DNA of 54,682 bases from Candidatus Omnitrophota bacterium (GTDB lineage: Bacteria > Omnitrophota > Gorgyraeia > Gorgyraeales > Gorgyraeaceae). Made by a program: the position numbers and the translations under genes. This document shows positions 1-7,499 of this stretch, one piece after another. The stretch spans positions 1 to 54,682 of the forward strand of contig JAUSEX010000022.1 of the NCBI GenBank assembly GCA_030649895.1. Reading direction: 5' to 3'. Numbering within the stretch: position 1 is the first letter of the stretch; every line of letters starts with the position of its first letter. Below the pieces are notes generated by a model. That model was not told the origin of the DNA, made no database searches, and saw nothing but the letters and a program-made list of their open reading frames with translations.

Positions 1-235
1 TATAACGCTTATGCACTATAGAATCGTATACTTTAAAAACCTTAACAAGCTTTTTTAACCTTAGAAAAGCTTCAAAACTAACCCTTTTAATCTTTCTAAT
101 ACCCTGAGGGGTGGGGGTACGATCTATCTTCCCATTCCCAATTATTATAATATTTCCTTTTGAAATTTTAGCATAACCGTGTATAATATATTTATGCGAA
201 AGATATTCGTCCTTGATACAAACGTGATTATTCAT
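1..235 (-). CDS. possible N-terminal part of an unidentified protein, truncated by the left window edge
   Basis: The minus-strand frame is stop-free for 78 codons, from its only in-frame ATG (complement of 233-235) to base 1 (..AKISKGNIIIIGNGKIDRTPTPQGIRKIKRVSFEAFLRLKK..). This is a roughly 30% GC stretch where stops should be frequent. It is absent from the ORF track because it is truncated. It would overlap the divergent phoH-like start by about 40 nt. No family recognised. Confidence 0.25.
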   Translation of the reverse strand, partial: MNNHVCIKDEYLSHKYIIHGYAKISKGNIIIIGNGKIDRTPTPQGIRKIKRVSFEAFLRLKKLVKVFKVYDSIVHKRY

Positions 236-1486
236 AACGCGGATGCGATAAATGCATTTGCGGATAATGAAGTGGTCCTGCCTATTGATGTAATCGAAGA
301 GCTGGATATATTCAAAAAAGATACTGATGAAAAAGGCAGAAATGCCCGCGCAGCAATAAGGATGCTGGATGATTTGAGGGAGCATGGCAAGCTTGGCGCA
401 GGCGTGCCTCTCCTTAATGGCGGGGTTTTGCGCATTGTAATGCATGTTGATTCCAAGGGTATCTTGAACGTAGCGCCTAATGAACGTGATAATAGAATTT
501 TAATGGTTGCGTATGATCTGCAGCAAAAAGGCAATCATGTGATTTTCGTTTCAAAAGATATAAATGCGAGAGTAAAGGCAGACGCATTAGGCGTCAAGGC
601 AGTTGACTTTGAAAAACAAAAAGTGGACATGGATAGCCTGTACAGCGGCTGGAAGGAAATAGAAGTCAGCTCAAAAGAGATAGATGGTTTTTATGAAAAG
701 AAATTTTTCGTAACTAAAGAAAACAATTTATTTCCGAATCAGTATATATTATTAAAAGACGGTTCGGCCGGCAAGCACTCTGCCATGGGAAGATATGACG
801 CAAAACAAAAGAGGGCGGTGCTTTTAAAATCAGACCAGGGAGATGCGTGGGGAATAAAGCCGAGAAATAAGGAGCAGGCTATAGCCCTTGACCTTCTGCT
901 GGACGACAATATAAAACTTGTAACGCTTGTCGGCGCGGCAGGGACAGGCAAAACTCTTCTTGCCCTTGCAACAGGATTGAAAAAGACGGTAGATGATCAT
1001 GGCTATAAAAGGATGCTTGTTTCAAGGCCTGTAATCCCAATGGGGAAAGATATAGGTTATCTGCCAGGCACAAAAGAGGAGAAGCTGGTGAACTGGATGC
1101 AGCCTATTTACGATAACCTGGAATATATTCTTACTATAAGAAAAAGAAAAGAGCACGTGGAAGATTTGATTGACTGCGACCTTTTGCAGCTTGAAGCCCT
1201 TACCTATATGAGAGGCAGAAGCATTCCTAACCAATTTATAATAATAGATGAAGCGCAAAATCTTACACCTCATGAAATCAAGACAGTTGTAAGTCGCGCC
1301 GGAAACAACACAAAGATGGTTCTTACGGGAGACCCTTACCAGATAGACAGCCCCTACCTCGATTCATCTTCAAATGGACTTAGTTACGCAGTTGAGCGAA
1401 TGAAAGGCCAGGAAATGTTCGGGCATGTTACTCTTACCAAGAACGAGCGCTCTGGGCTCGCATCATTAGCAGCAGAACTTTTATAG
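194..1486 (+). CDS. PIN-domain / PhoH-like ATPase (YlaK type)
   Basis: N-terminal PIN fold (KIFVLDTNVIIH). C-terminal PhoH P-loop with Walker A GAAGTGKT and Walker B IIIDEAQN. Start moved from GTG 179 to ATG 194 (MRKIFVLDTN). Confidence 0.9.
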   Translation: MRKIFVLDTNVIIHNADAINAFADNEVVLPIDVIEELDIFKKDTDEKGRNARAAIRMLDDLREHGKLGAGVPLLNGGVLRIVMHVDSKGILNVAPNERDNRILMVAYDLQQKGNHVIFVSKDINARVKADALGVKAVDFEKQKVDMDSLYSGWKEIEVSSKEIDGFYEKKFFVTKENNLFPNQYILLKDGSAGKHSAMGRYDAKQKRAVLLKSDQGDAWGIKPRNKEQAIALDLLLDDNIKLVTLVGAAGTGKTLLALATGLKKTVDDHGYKRMLVSRPVIPMGKDIGYLPGTKEEKLVNWMQPIYDNLEYILTIRKRKEHVEDLIDCDLLQLEALTYMRGRSIPNQFIIIDEAQNLTPHEIKTVVSRAGNNTKMVLTGDPYQIDSPYLDSSSNGLSYAVERMKGQEMFGHVTLTKNERSGLASLAAELL

Positions 1487-1516
1487 GTTCTAGGCTCTAG
1501 GCTCCAGCCTAGAACC
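1486..1516 (+). terminator. stem-loop directly after the phoH-like stop codon
   Basis: Perfect 11-bp stem GGTTCTAGGCT / AGCCTAGAACC with a 9-nt loop. The T-run comes only about 15 nt later (1532-1537), so activity is uncertain. Confidence 0.4.
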
Positions 1517-1572
1517 TTGAGCCAACCTTGATTTTTTCTATTTCTGTGGCATACTTATTCATAGAGACAACT

Positions 1573-1708
1573 GAATAGCATTACGACAAAGGCAAACCAT
1601 TCGAAAGAATGAGGCGCAAAGTCAACAGGCCTAAAGCCCTAAAGGGCAACGGCGGCTGGATTACCGAAATTAAAAACCTATTCTGCCACAAGGCCGAATA
1701 GGTTTTTT
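1573..1708 (+). promoter_or_regulatory. c-di-GMP-I (GEMM-I) riboswitch: aptamer about 1588-1670 plus terminator expression platform
   Basis: 1591-1668 reads GGCAAACCATTCGAAAGAATGAGGCGCAAAGTCAACAGGCCTAAAGCCCTAAAGGGCAACGGCGGCTGGATTACCGAA. This matches the remembered conserved core of the Vc2 aptamer: GAAA-capped hairpin, CGCAAAG junction, second hairpin, and a ..TTACCGA 3' strand. It lies in the 5' leader of the gene starting at 1725. Confidence 0.8.
1673..1708 (+). terminator. intrinsic terminator forming the riboswitch expression platform
   Basis: AAAACCTATTC (1673-1683) pairs with GAATAGGTTTT (1696-1706). The inner GCC/GGC extension closes on an ACAA loop. A T6 run follows, 17 nt before the ATG. 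Confidence 0.8.
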
Positions 1709-1724
1709 ATTCGAGGGTCTCAAA

Positions 1725-2096
1725 ATGAAGAAAGCTGCAGTTATGCTGATAATTTTGATAACTGTGGCTTTTTCTCTAAAAGAGGCAGGCACCAGCTCTA
1801 TTATTATTAAAGGTAAAGCATCCTGGTATTCTCAAAACGACCCCGGAATCCTGTTAACTACAGCCAATATGGAGAGATTTGACGATTCTGAGCTCACCTG
1901 CGCTATGTGGGATATGCCATTTAACGCTATATTAAAGGTAACAAACCTTGAAAACGGCAAATCTGTTATTGTCCGAGTTAATGACAGGGGCCCGGCCAAA
2001 AGATTAAACCGCGCAATAGACCTCACCAAAGCTGCCTTTTCCAGGATAGCTGATCTGGACAAAGGTCTCGCAGATGTTTCCGTAGAAATAATATAA
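1725..2096 (+). CDS. secreted RlpA-like double-psi beta-barrel (DPBB) protein, lytic transglycosylase family
   Basis: Signal peptide, then GKASWYS..TANMERFD..AILKVTNLENGKSVIVRVNDRGP...IDLTKAAFSRIA, typical of the RlpA DPBB domain. Confidence 0.85.
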   Translation: MKKAAVMLIILITVAFSLKEAGTSSIIIKGKASWYSQNDPGILLTTANMERFDDSELTCAMWDMPFNAILKVTNLENGKSVIVRVNDRGPAKRLNRAIDLTKAAFSRIADLDKGLADVSVEII

Positions 2097-2191
2097 AGCT
2101 TACCTAATTATACCTAGGTACAATTGATTTTATTTTGACTTACCCTTATAGTATGAACAGATTTTAAAATGAAGATGAAAAGGAGGGCGTT

Positions 2192-2332
2192 ATGAAAAAA
2201 AATCTTTTATTAATCGTTACAGCTTTATTCTTGGCTATCTCTATTTTGGGCTGTAATACTTTTAGAGGCGCTGGAAAAGACATGGAAAGCGGAGGGAAAA
2301 GTATTCAAAGAGCTGTGGATAAAAATGATTAA
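2192..2332 (+). CDS. entericidin EcnA/EcnB-family small lipoprotein (46 aa, not in the ORF track)
   Basis: Hand translation: MKKNLLLIVTALFLAISILGCNTFRGAGKDMESGGKSIQRAVDKND. Lipobox ILGC followed by the entericidin pattern CNT-RG-GKD..GG..I. GGAGG at 2182-2186, 5 nt before the ATG. Confidence 0.8.
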   Translation: MKKNLLLIVTALFLAISILGCNTFRGAGKDMESGGKSIQRAVDKND

Positions 2333-2354
2333 GTTCAAGTCAAAGTATTTTTTA

Positions 2355-2383
2355 TTGACAAATGAATTAATATAATTTATAAT
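2355..2383 (+). promoter_or_regulatory. consensus sigma70-type promoter for the PKD-repeat gene
   Basis: TTGACA (2355-2360), 17-nt spacer, TATAAT (2378-2383), with a T-rich tract upstream. Confidence 0.7.
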
Positions 2384-2417
2384 ACTTATTAATAAACTTT
2401 TAAAAGAGAGATGCACA

Positions 2418-4985
2418 ATGCACAAGAAAACCTTATTTTTAGCAATCATAGCTATTGTATTTCTATCGTTAGTATTGGTAAGGCAGGGATTATGTTACAG
2501 AGTTCCTACGGAGCAGAGCAATGTTGAGTATTTTTATGTATTTGGAGCAGACGGCAAAAAAACATATGGGGCAATGAGGAATGAACCTCAAGTAGTATTT
2601 ATAAAAGTTCCGGTAAGTTATAAAGGGAGCGTCCAGATATCTGTTTATGACCCAGAATGCAGCGGTTCGATAGATGAAAAGAGCGACCAGTGGGATACTG
2701 TTACAAAGTTTTCTATTTTAGGAGGAAAAGGAGCATATACTTCTTTGGCTGAAATGGACGAATCTCATATAATTAACAATAAAGAAGATATAAATTTTAT
2801 TGATTATTACGAAGGAGATCTTTTAACCGCAAAGACATTCGGTGAAGATCCGCAGTACAACAAGGCGTTTTACAGCTTTCGTCCCATAGATGCATCAATG
2901 GGTGAAGAATTAGACGGATACAGGTATTTTAAAATAGTCATAGAAGGTCTTGCAGGAGACGATGACAACCTCTTCTCGCTGGATGTTTCTCCTAACGATT
3001 CAGAAGCATTTAGTTTTTCGCCTGCCATAAGGCTTACTGAGGCAAGAGGCGCGAAGATGGCGCTTTATCCTGCAATACCTTCTGATGTGGCAAAAGTTAT
3101 GGAATATAATTACGATTTAGATCCTACAGGCGGGAGCATAGAGCTTATAAGCCCGACTAGATTTTTCAGGATAAACGGCTCCAAGACCGGGATGTGGGCA
3201 AAGACAGAAATTAATGTTCCCAGTGAGGATTCCGGAAGAACATGGGTCTATGAAATAACAAAGGGTAGCCAGAAACAGGGCAATATGGCGTTGACTATGT
3301 TGACAGATAAAGGCAGGTCGATACCTATATATTTTACTCCTGGAAAAGCTGCTCCAAAAATGGTATTCGTAGAAAAACCTAAAGAAACGCCTGCGCCAAC
3401 GGGACAGCCTCTTTCGTGCAACACTTTTACATTTGACGGCTCAAAGTCGTATGATCCGGATAATACCAAACTTACGTATTTCTGGGATTTTGGCGATGGT
3501 ACTACTGGCATAGATATTAGGTCAATTCATACATATAAAGATGCAGGCAAGTATCTTGTTAAATTGACAGTAAAAGACGCTTCAGATGCAAAATGCAACA
3601 CAGCTACGACTCAACAGTTTGTAAAAGTAAACCAGCCTCCATGCGCTATTGCAGATGGCCCCGATATGGCATGTTTGAATGAAGAGATTGCATTTGACGG
3701 TTCTCAGACAACAGACAGTCCAAATGACAAACTTACTTATAGATGGGATTTTGGCGATGGCCAGGTAGCTGATGGAATAAAGATAAAACATAAATATGAA
3801 AAAGGCGGGAATTATCAGGTCATTCTGACGGTAACGGATGATTCCGAAACGATATGCGACACAGGCGCTGATAAATTAAATGTAGTGGTTAATACGCCTC
3901 CTATTGCAGATGCGGAGAAAGACGTATTTTTATGCAAATCAAATCCCAGCGATCCTCTGGAAGTCACGTTTAACGGTTCTGGCTCAAGGGATATGGATGG
4001 AGACAAGCTTTCGTACGCGTGGGATTTTGGAGATGGCCAGACCGCCGACGGCAAAGTCGTAAAACACGATTATGAAAAAGGCGGAGAATACATAGCAAAG
4101 CTTATAGTTACAGACAATACAAGCGCAAAATGTGATAAATCTATAACTACAAAAACTGTTATACTTAACAGGGCTCCCATGGCAAGCGCTGGAAGCGATC
4201 TTAAGATTTGTGCGGGAGACAACGCGGACTTTGACGGATCCAAATCAATTGATAGCGACGGAGATGTTTTAAGTTATTCATGGGATTTCGGAGACGGGGA
4301 AAAAGGAGAAGGCAAGACGGTTTCTCATAAATATGAAAAAGGCGGGCTATACCAGGCAAAACTTTCTGTGGATGACGGCACAAAAACAGATTGTTCCAGC
4401 GCTTATGATACGATTTTAGTAAACGTAAATTCTGCTCCAAATGCAATCATAGCCTCAAAAGACGCCGCTTCAGTAGGCCAGATTGTTAATTTTGACGGTT
4501 CTGACTCAGCTGATCTTGACGGAGATAAACTTGATCATGTATGGGATTTTGGAGATGGGACTAGCGGAAACGGGAATCTAGTAGAACATAGCTATGCAAA
4601 AGGCGGGCTTTATAAGGTTACATTGGTTGTTGATGATAACAGGAGAGCAAATTGTTCGTCATCCGTTGAGACTCATTATTTAAAAGTGAACACGCCTCCT
4701 GTAGCGAATACAGGGCCGAACCAGGTCTGCTGCGTGAATGATGATGTGGAGTTTGACGGGTCTAGATCTATTGACGCGGACGAAGACAAGCTTACTTATA
4801 GGTGGGATTTTGGGGACGGGGAAATGGCCGAAGGCATAAAAGTAAAACACGCTTATAAAAATATAGGAAAATACAAGGTTAGCCTTACGGTTACAGATGA
4901 TTCCGGAGTCGAAGGGAATTCGTCAACGTCCAGTTTTGCCGCAACTGTAAACGCAGAGCCCGTTTCTAAAATAGAAGTAATATAA
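2418..4985 (+). CDS. secreted protein: unassigned ~330-aa N-terminal region plus six tandem PKD domains
   Basis: Signal/anchor helix. Six repeats of about 87 aa, each with FDGS..D.D...L.Y.WDFGDG...G....H.Y..GG.Y.V.L.V.D. Confidence 0.9.
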   Translation: MHKKTLFLAIIAIVFLSLVLVRQGLCYRVPTEQSNVEYFYVFGADGKKTYGAMRNEPQVVFIKVPVSYKGSVQISVYDPECSGSIDEKSDQWDTVTKFSILGGKGAYTSLAEMDESHIINNKEDINFIDYYEGDLLTAKTFGEDPQYNKAFYSFRPIDASMGEELDGYRYFKIVIEGLAGDDDNLFSLDVSPNDSEAFSFSPAIRLTEARGAKMALYPAIPSDVAKVMEYNYDLDPTGGSIELISPTRFFRINGSKTGMWAKTEINVPSEDSGRTWVYEITKGSQKQGNMALTMLTDKGRSIPIYFTPGKAAPKMVFVEKPKETPAPTGQPLSCNTFTFDGSKSYDPDNTKLTYFWDFGDGTTGIDIRSIHTYKDAGKYLVKLTVKDASDAKCNTATTQQFVKVNQPPCAIADGPDMACLNEEIAFDGSQTTDSPNDKLTYRWDFGDGQVADGIKIKHKYEKGGNYQVILTVTDDSETICDTGADKLNVVVNTPPIADAEKDVFLCKSNPSDPLEVTFNGSGSRDMDGDKLSYAWDFGDGQTADGKVVKHDYEKGGEYIAKLIVTDNTSAKCDKSITTKTVILNRAPMASAGSDLKICAGDNADFDGSKSIDSDGDVLSYSWDFGDGEKGEGKTVSHKYEKGGLYQAKLSVDDGTKTDCSSAYDTILVNVNSAPNAIIASKDAASVGQIVNFDGSDSADLDGDKLDHVWDFGDGTSGNGNLVEHSYAKGGLYKVTLVVDDNRRANCSSSVETHYLKVNTPPVANTGPNQVCCVNDDVEFDGSRSIDADEDKLTYRWDFGDGEMAEGIKVKHAYKNIGKYKVSLTVTDDSGVEGNSSTSSFAATVNAEPVSKIEVI
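3405..4962 (+). repeat. six tandem PKD-domain coding repeats (period about 260-277 nt)
   Basis: The TGGGATTT(T/C)GG(N)GA(T/C)GG (WDFGDG) motif recurs near 3484, 3744, 4021, 4281, 4542 and 4803. Confidence 0.85.
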
Positions 4986-5013
4986 TCTTTGGAATAGATA
5001 TAAGAAAGAGATA

Positions 5014-5057
5014 GGCCTCGTCAAAACCTTGAAAAATGTTTTGTCGGGGCCTTTTTT
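5014..5057 (+). terminator. intrinsic terminator after the PKD gene
   Basis: Imperfect stem GGCCTCGTCAAAAC / GTTTTGTCGGGGCC followed by TTTTTT. Confidence 0.6.
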
Positions 5058-5076
5058 GTAGTATAATTAATTAAAT

Positions 5077-7206
5077 ATGAGAAAATATACGTCATTTTTA
5101 TTGCTGATAGTCCTGATGTCTTTTGTCAGGCCTTGTTTTGCCGAAACCAAAAAACTTACAATTGTCTTTACCGGCGACAGCCGAGGAGAATTGGTAAATT
5201 GCCACTGCCCCAAGGATGACTTTGGCGGACTTGAGCGAAGGTCTAATTATATAAAGGAGGTCAGGGGAGATACGGATGAGATTCTTCTTCTTGACGCAGG
5301 AGATGTTTTACCGTTATTTAACCAGGAATTTACAAAAAAAACAATAACCTATAACGCTTTTATAGCCCTGAAGGCAATGGACATGATGGAGTATAGCGCT
5401 ATGAATGCGGGCGAAAGCGATCTTATTCTGGGAGAGAGATTTTTACAGGGAAAAGCTGAAAATCTGAGTTTTCCTTTAATATCCGCAAATATTGTATATA
5501 AATCTCAGGGCCAGACTGTTTTTGAGCCATATATCATAAAGACGATGAAGAACGGCCTTAAAGTAGGGATAATCGGGATTACTAACGAGCGCTACGTGGT
5601 TAATTCTAAAAATATTGACGTAATGCCGAACAGGGAAATGATCGCTAAATATGTAGGCCAGATACGAGGCCAGGTGGATTTGGTAATAGTTTTAGCGCAT
5701 GTAGGAGTTCCATATTCTATAGATCTGGCAAATAATGTGAGCGGGATAGATGTGATACTCAGCGGACATTGGGACGCTCAGACACAGGAACCCGTAATAA
5801 TTGGAAAGACAATAATTATGTCGAGCGGATATCATTCAAGGAAGGTCGGGAGGCTTGACCTGGAAGTAAAGAGCGAAGGCGCAGTTTCTTCTTATGAATG
5901 GTGGTCTACTCAGCTTGATGAAAAATATGAAGGAGATAGTTTTGTTGAAAAGCTTGCCCTAAAGATGCCCGCTGTAAAAAATCAGGAAAAAGATATCTCT
6001 GGGTCGCCTGTTGCCATCGCTAGGAAGGCTATAAAAGAGCAAAAACCTATACTGGCTGACGCTGATAATAGCGTTGCGGCTGGCAAGCCTTTAAGGGTCC
6101 TTGTTTTTTACGCGATCGGCTGCAGGGCTTGCATGGAAGTGGAAAGAGATATACTGCCTGGCATAGAAGAAAAATACGGGGAAAGAATAATAATAGAAAA
6201 ATACGACATCGGCATTTCAAGGAATTATGGCCAAATGACGCGTCTTGAGAAATTATACGGCGCAGAAGGCGGATACGTGCCTGAAATAATAGTTTCAAGA
6301 TACGTGCTAATGGGGGAGAAGGAAATAAAGGCGGGCTTGGATAAGGTGATAGAAAAAGCGCTGGCTGAACCGGAAGGCGCAGAAGCGGGCAGCCTGACGA
6401 AAGAAGATGTCGCTGCGTACCAGGCGCCTGGCGCAGCAGATTCTGTTATCCTTTCAAGATTTGCGTCTTTCAGCGCTTTTACAGTAGGCGCGGCAGGATT
6501 TATTGACGGTATAAATCCATGCGCTTTCACGACGATAGTATTTTTTATATCGTTTCTGGCTTTTGTGGGATACAGAAAACGCGAAATGATTTTAGCGGGA
6601 AGTGTTTTTACAGCAGCTGTTTTTATAGCGTATTTTTTAATAGGCCTGGGGATATTTAAATTTTTAAGATCCATGAGCGCTTTTAGCTATGTGGCGCTTG
6701 CGATCAATATTGTTATAGGAAGCCTTGCTTTTATACTGGGCGTATTAAGCCTGGTAGATTATTTTAAGTTCAGAAAAACTCACGATGCAAAGGGAAGCGT
6801 ATTGCAGCTCCCCCGGTCAATAAAAAGCAGGATCCATTCTATCATCGGGGGGGATTTCAGGCAGGATCAAAAAAGCGGGAGAAAGGCCTTGCTGAAAATA
6901 GCCTGGGTTGCGTTTACAGCTGGTTTTATGGTTTCTATTCTGGAATCTGTTTGTACCGGCCAGGTATATTTGCCTACTATTGCTTATGTCCTCAGGATGC
7001 CGGATAAACATATGTCAGCCTTGTCGTATCTATTGGTTTACAATCTTGCTTTCATAGCTCCGCTTGTAATCGTGTTTATCTTCGGTCTTTTCGGCGCTAC
7101 TTCCGGCGCGTTTTCCAAGTTCATGCAAAGGCACTTCGGCCTTGTCAAGCTATCCACGGCAGCCCTGTTTTTCGTCCTCGCGGCAGTTCTTATAATACTC
7201 AAATAA
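5077..7206 (+). CDS. fusion protein: calcineurin-like phosphoesterase/5'-nucleotidase-like domain + thioredoxin-fold CxxC + DsbD/CcdA-like membrane domain
   Basis: Signal peptide. Phosphoesterase-like blocks IVFTGDSRGEL, LLLDAGD, MNAGESD and VLAHVG. CRAC thioredoxin-like segment at about aa 345-430. Multi-pass C-terminus with GINPCAF and ESVCTGQVYLP. Confidence 0.75.
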   Translation: MRKYTSFLLLIVLMSFVRPCFAETKKLTIVFTGDSRGELVNCHCPKDDFGGLERRSNYIKEVRGDTDEILLLDAGDVLPLFNQEFTKKTITYNAFIALKAMDMMEYSAMNAGESDLILGERFLQGKAENLSFPLISANIVYKSQGQTVFEPYIIKTMKNGLKVGIIGITNERYVVNSKNIDVMPNREMIAKYVGQIRGQVDLVIVLAHVGVPYSIDLANNVSGIDVILSGHWDAQTQEPVIIGKTIIMSSGYHSRKVGRLDLEVKSEGAVSSYEWWSTQLDEKYEGDSFVEKLALKMPAVKNQEKDISGSPVAIARKAIKEQKPILADADNSVAAGKPLRVLVFYAIGCRACMEVERDILPGIEEKYGERIIIEKYDIGISRNYGQMTRLEKLYGAEGGYVPEIIVSRYVLMGEKEIKAGLDKVIEKALAEPEGAEAGSLTKEDVAAYQAPGAADSVILSRFASFSAFTVGAAGFIDGINPCAFTTIVFFISFLAFVGYRKREMILAGSVFTAAVFIAYFLIGLGIFKFLRSMSAFSYVALAINIVIGSLAFILGVLSLVDYFKFRKTHDAKGSVLQLPRSIKSRIHSIIGGDFRQDQKSGRKALLKIAWVAFTAGFMVSILESVCTGQVYLPTIAYVLRMPDKHMSALSYLLVYNLAFIAPLVIVFIFGLFGATSGAFSKFMQRHFGLVKLSTAALFFVLAAVLIILK

Positions 7207-7327
7207 ATAGATTTTTAGTTCTCCCGGCTGACAGATTTTCGAAAAGACGCTCGACTGCCCTAGCGAAGCAGCTATGATTTTTTTGAACCCGCCAGCCGTT
7301 ACGGTTTACGGCCCATTTTTCAATAAT

Positions 7328-7374
7328 TACGCTTCGTAAGCGGGTCAGCTAAGATGACACGCTTACGAAGCGTA
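7328..7374. repeat. perfect 15-bp inverted repeat inside a mosaic intergenic region
   Basis: TACGCTTCGTAAGCG (7328-7342) and its exact reverse complement CGCTTACGAAGCGTA (7360-7374), 17 nt apart. Confidence 0.7.
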
Positions 7375-7462
7375 TATGGTTTTAGAAAAACTCTATTACG
7401 CCGAAACCTCTCAAGTGCGCCTCAGGCTTCAGCTGGTTCAACAAAAGTATATTAAAATATAT

Positions 7463-7491
7463 TTGACGATATATGATTTTTAGCATAAACT
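7463..7491 (+). promoter_or_regulatory. possible promoter of the M48 peptidase gene
   Basis: TTGACG, 17-nt spacer, TAAACT; ends 9 nt before the ATG at 7500. Confidence 0.35.
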
Positions 7492-7499
7492 GATTCCAT

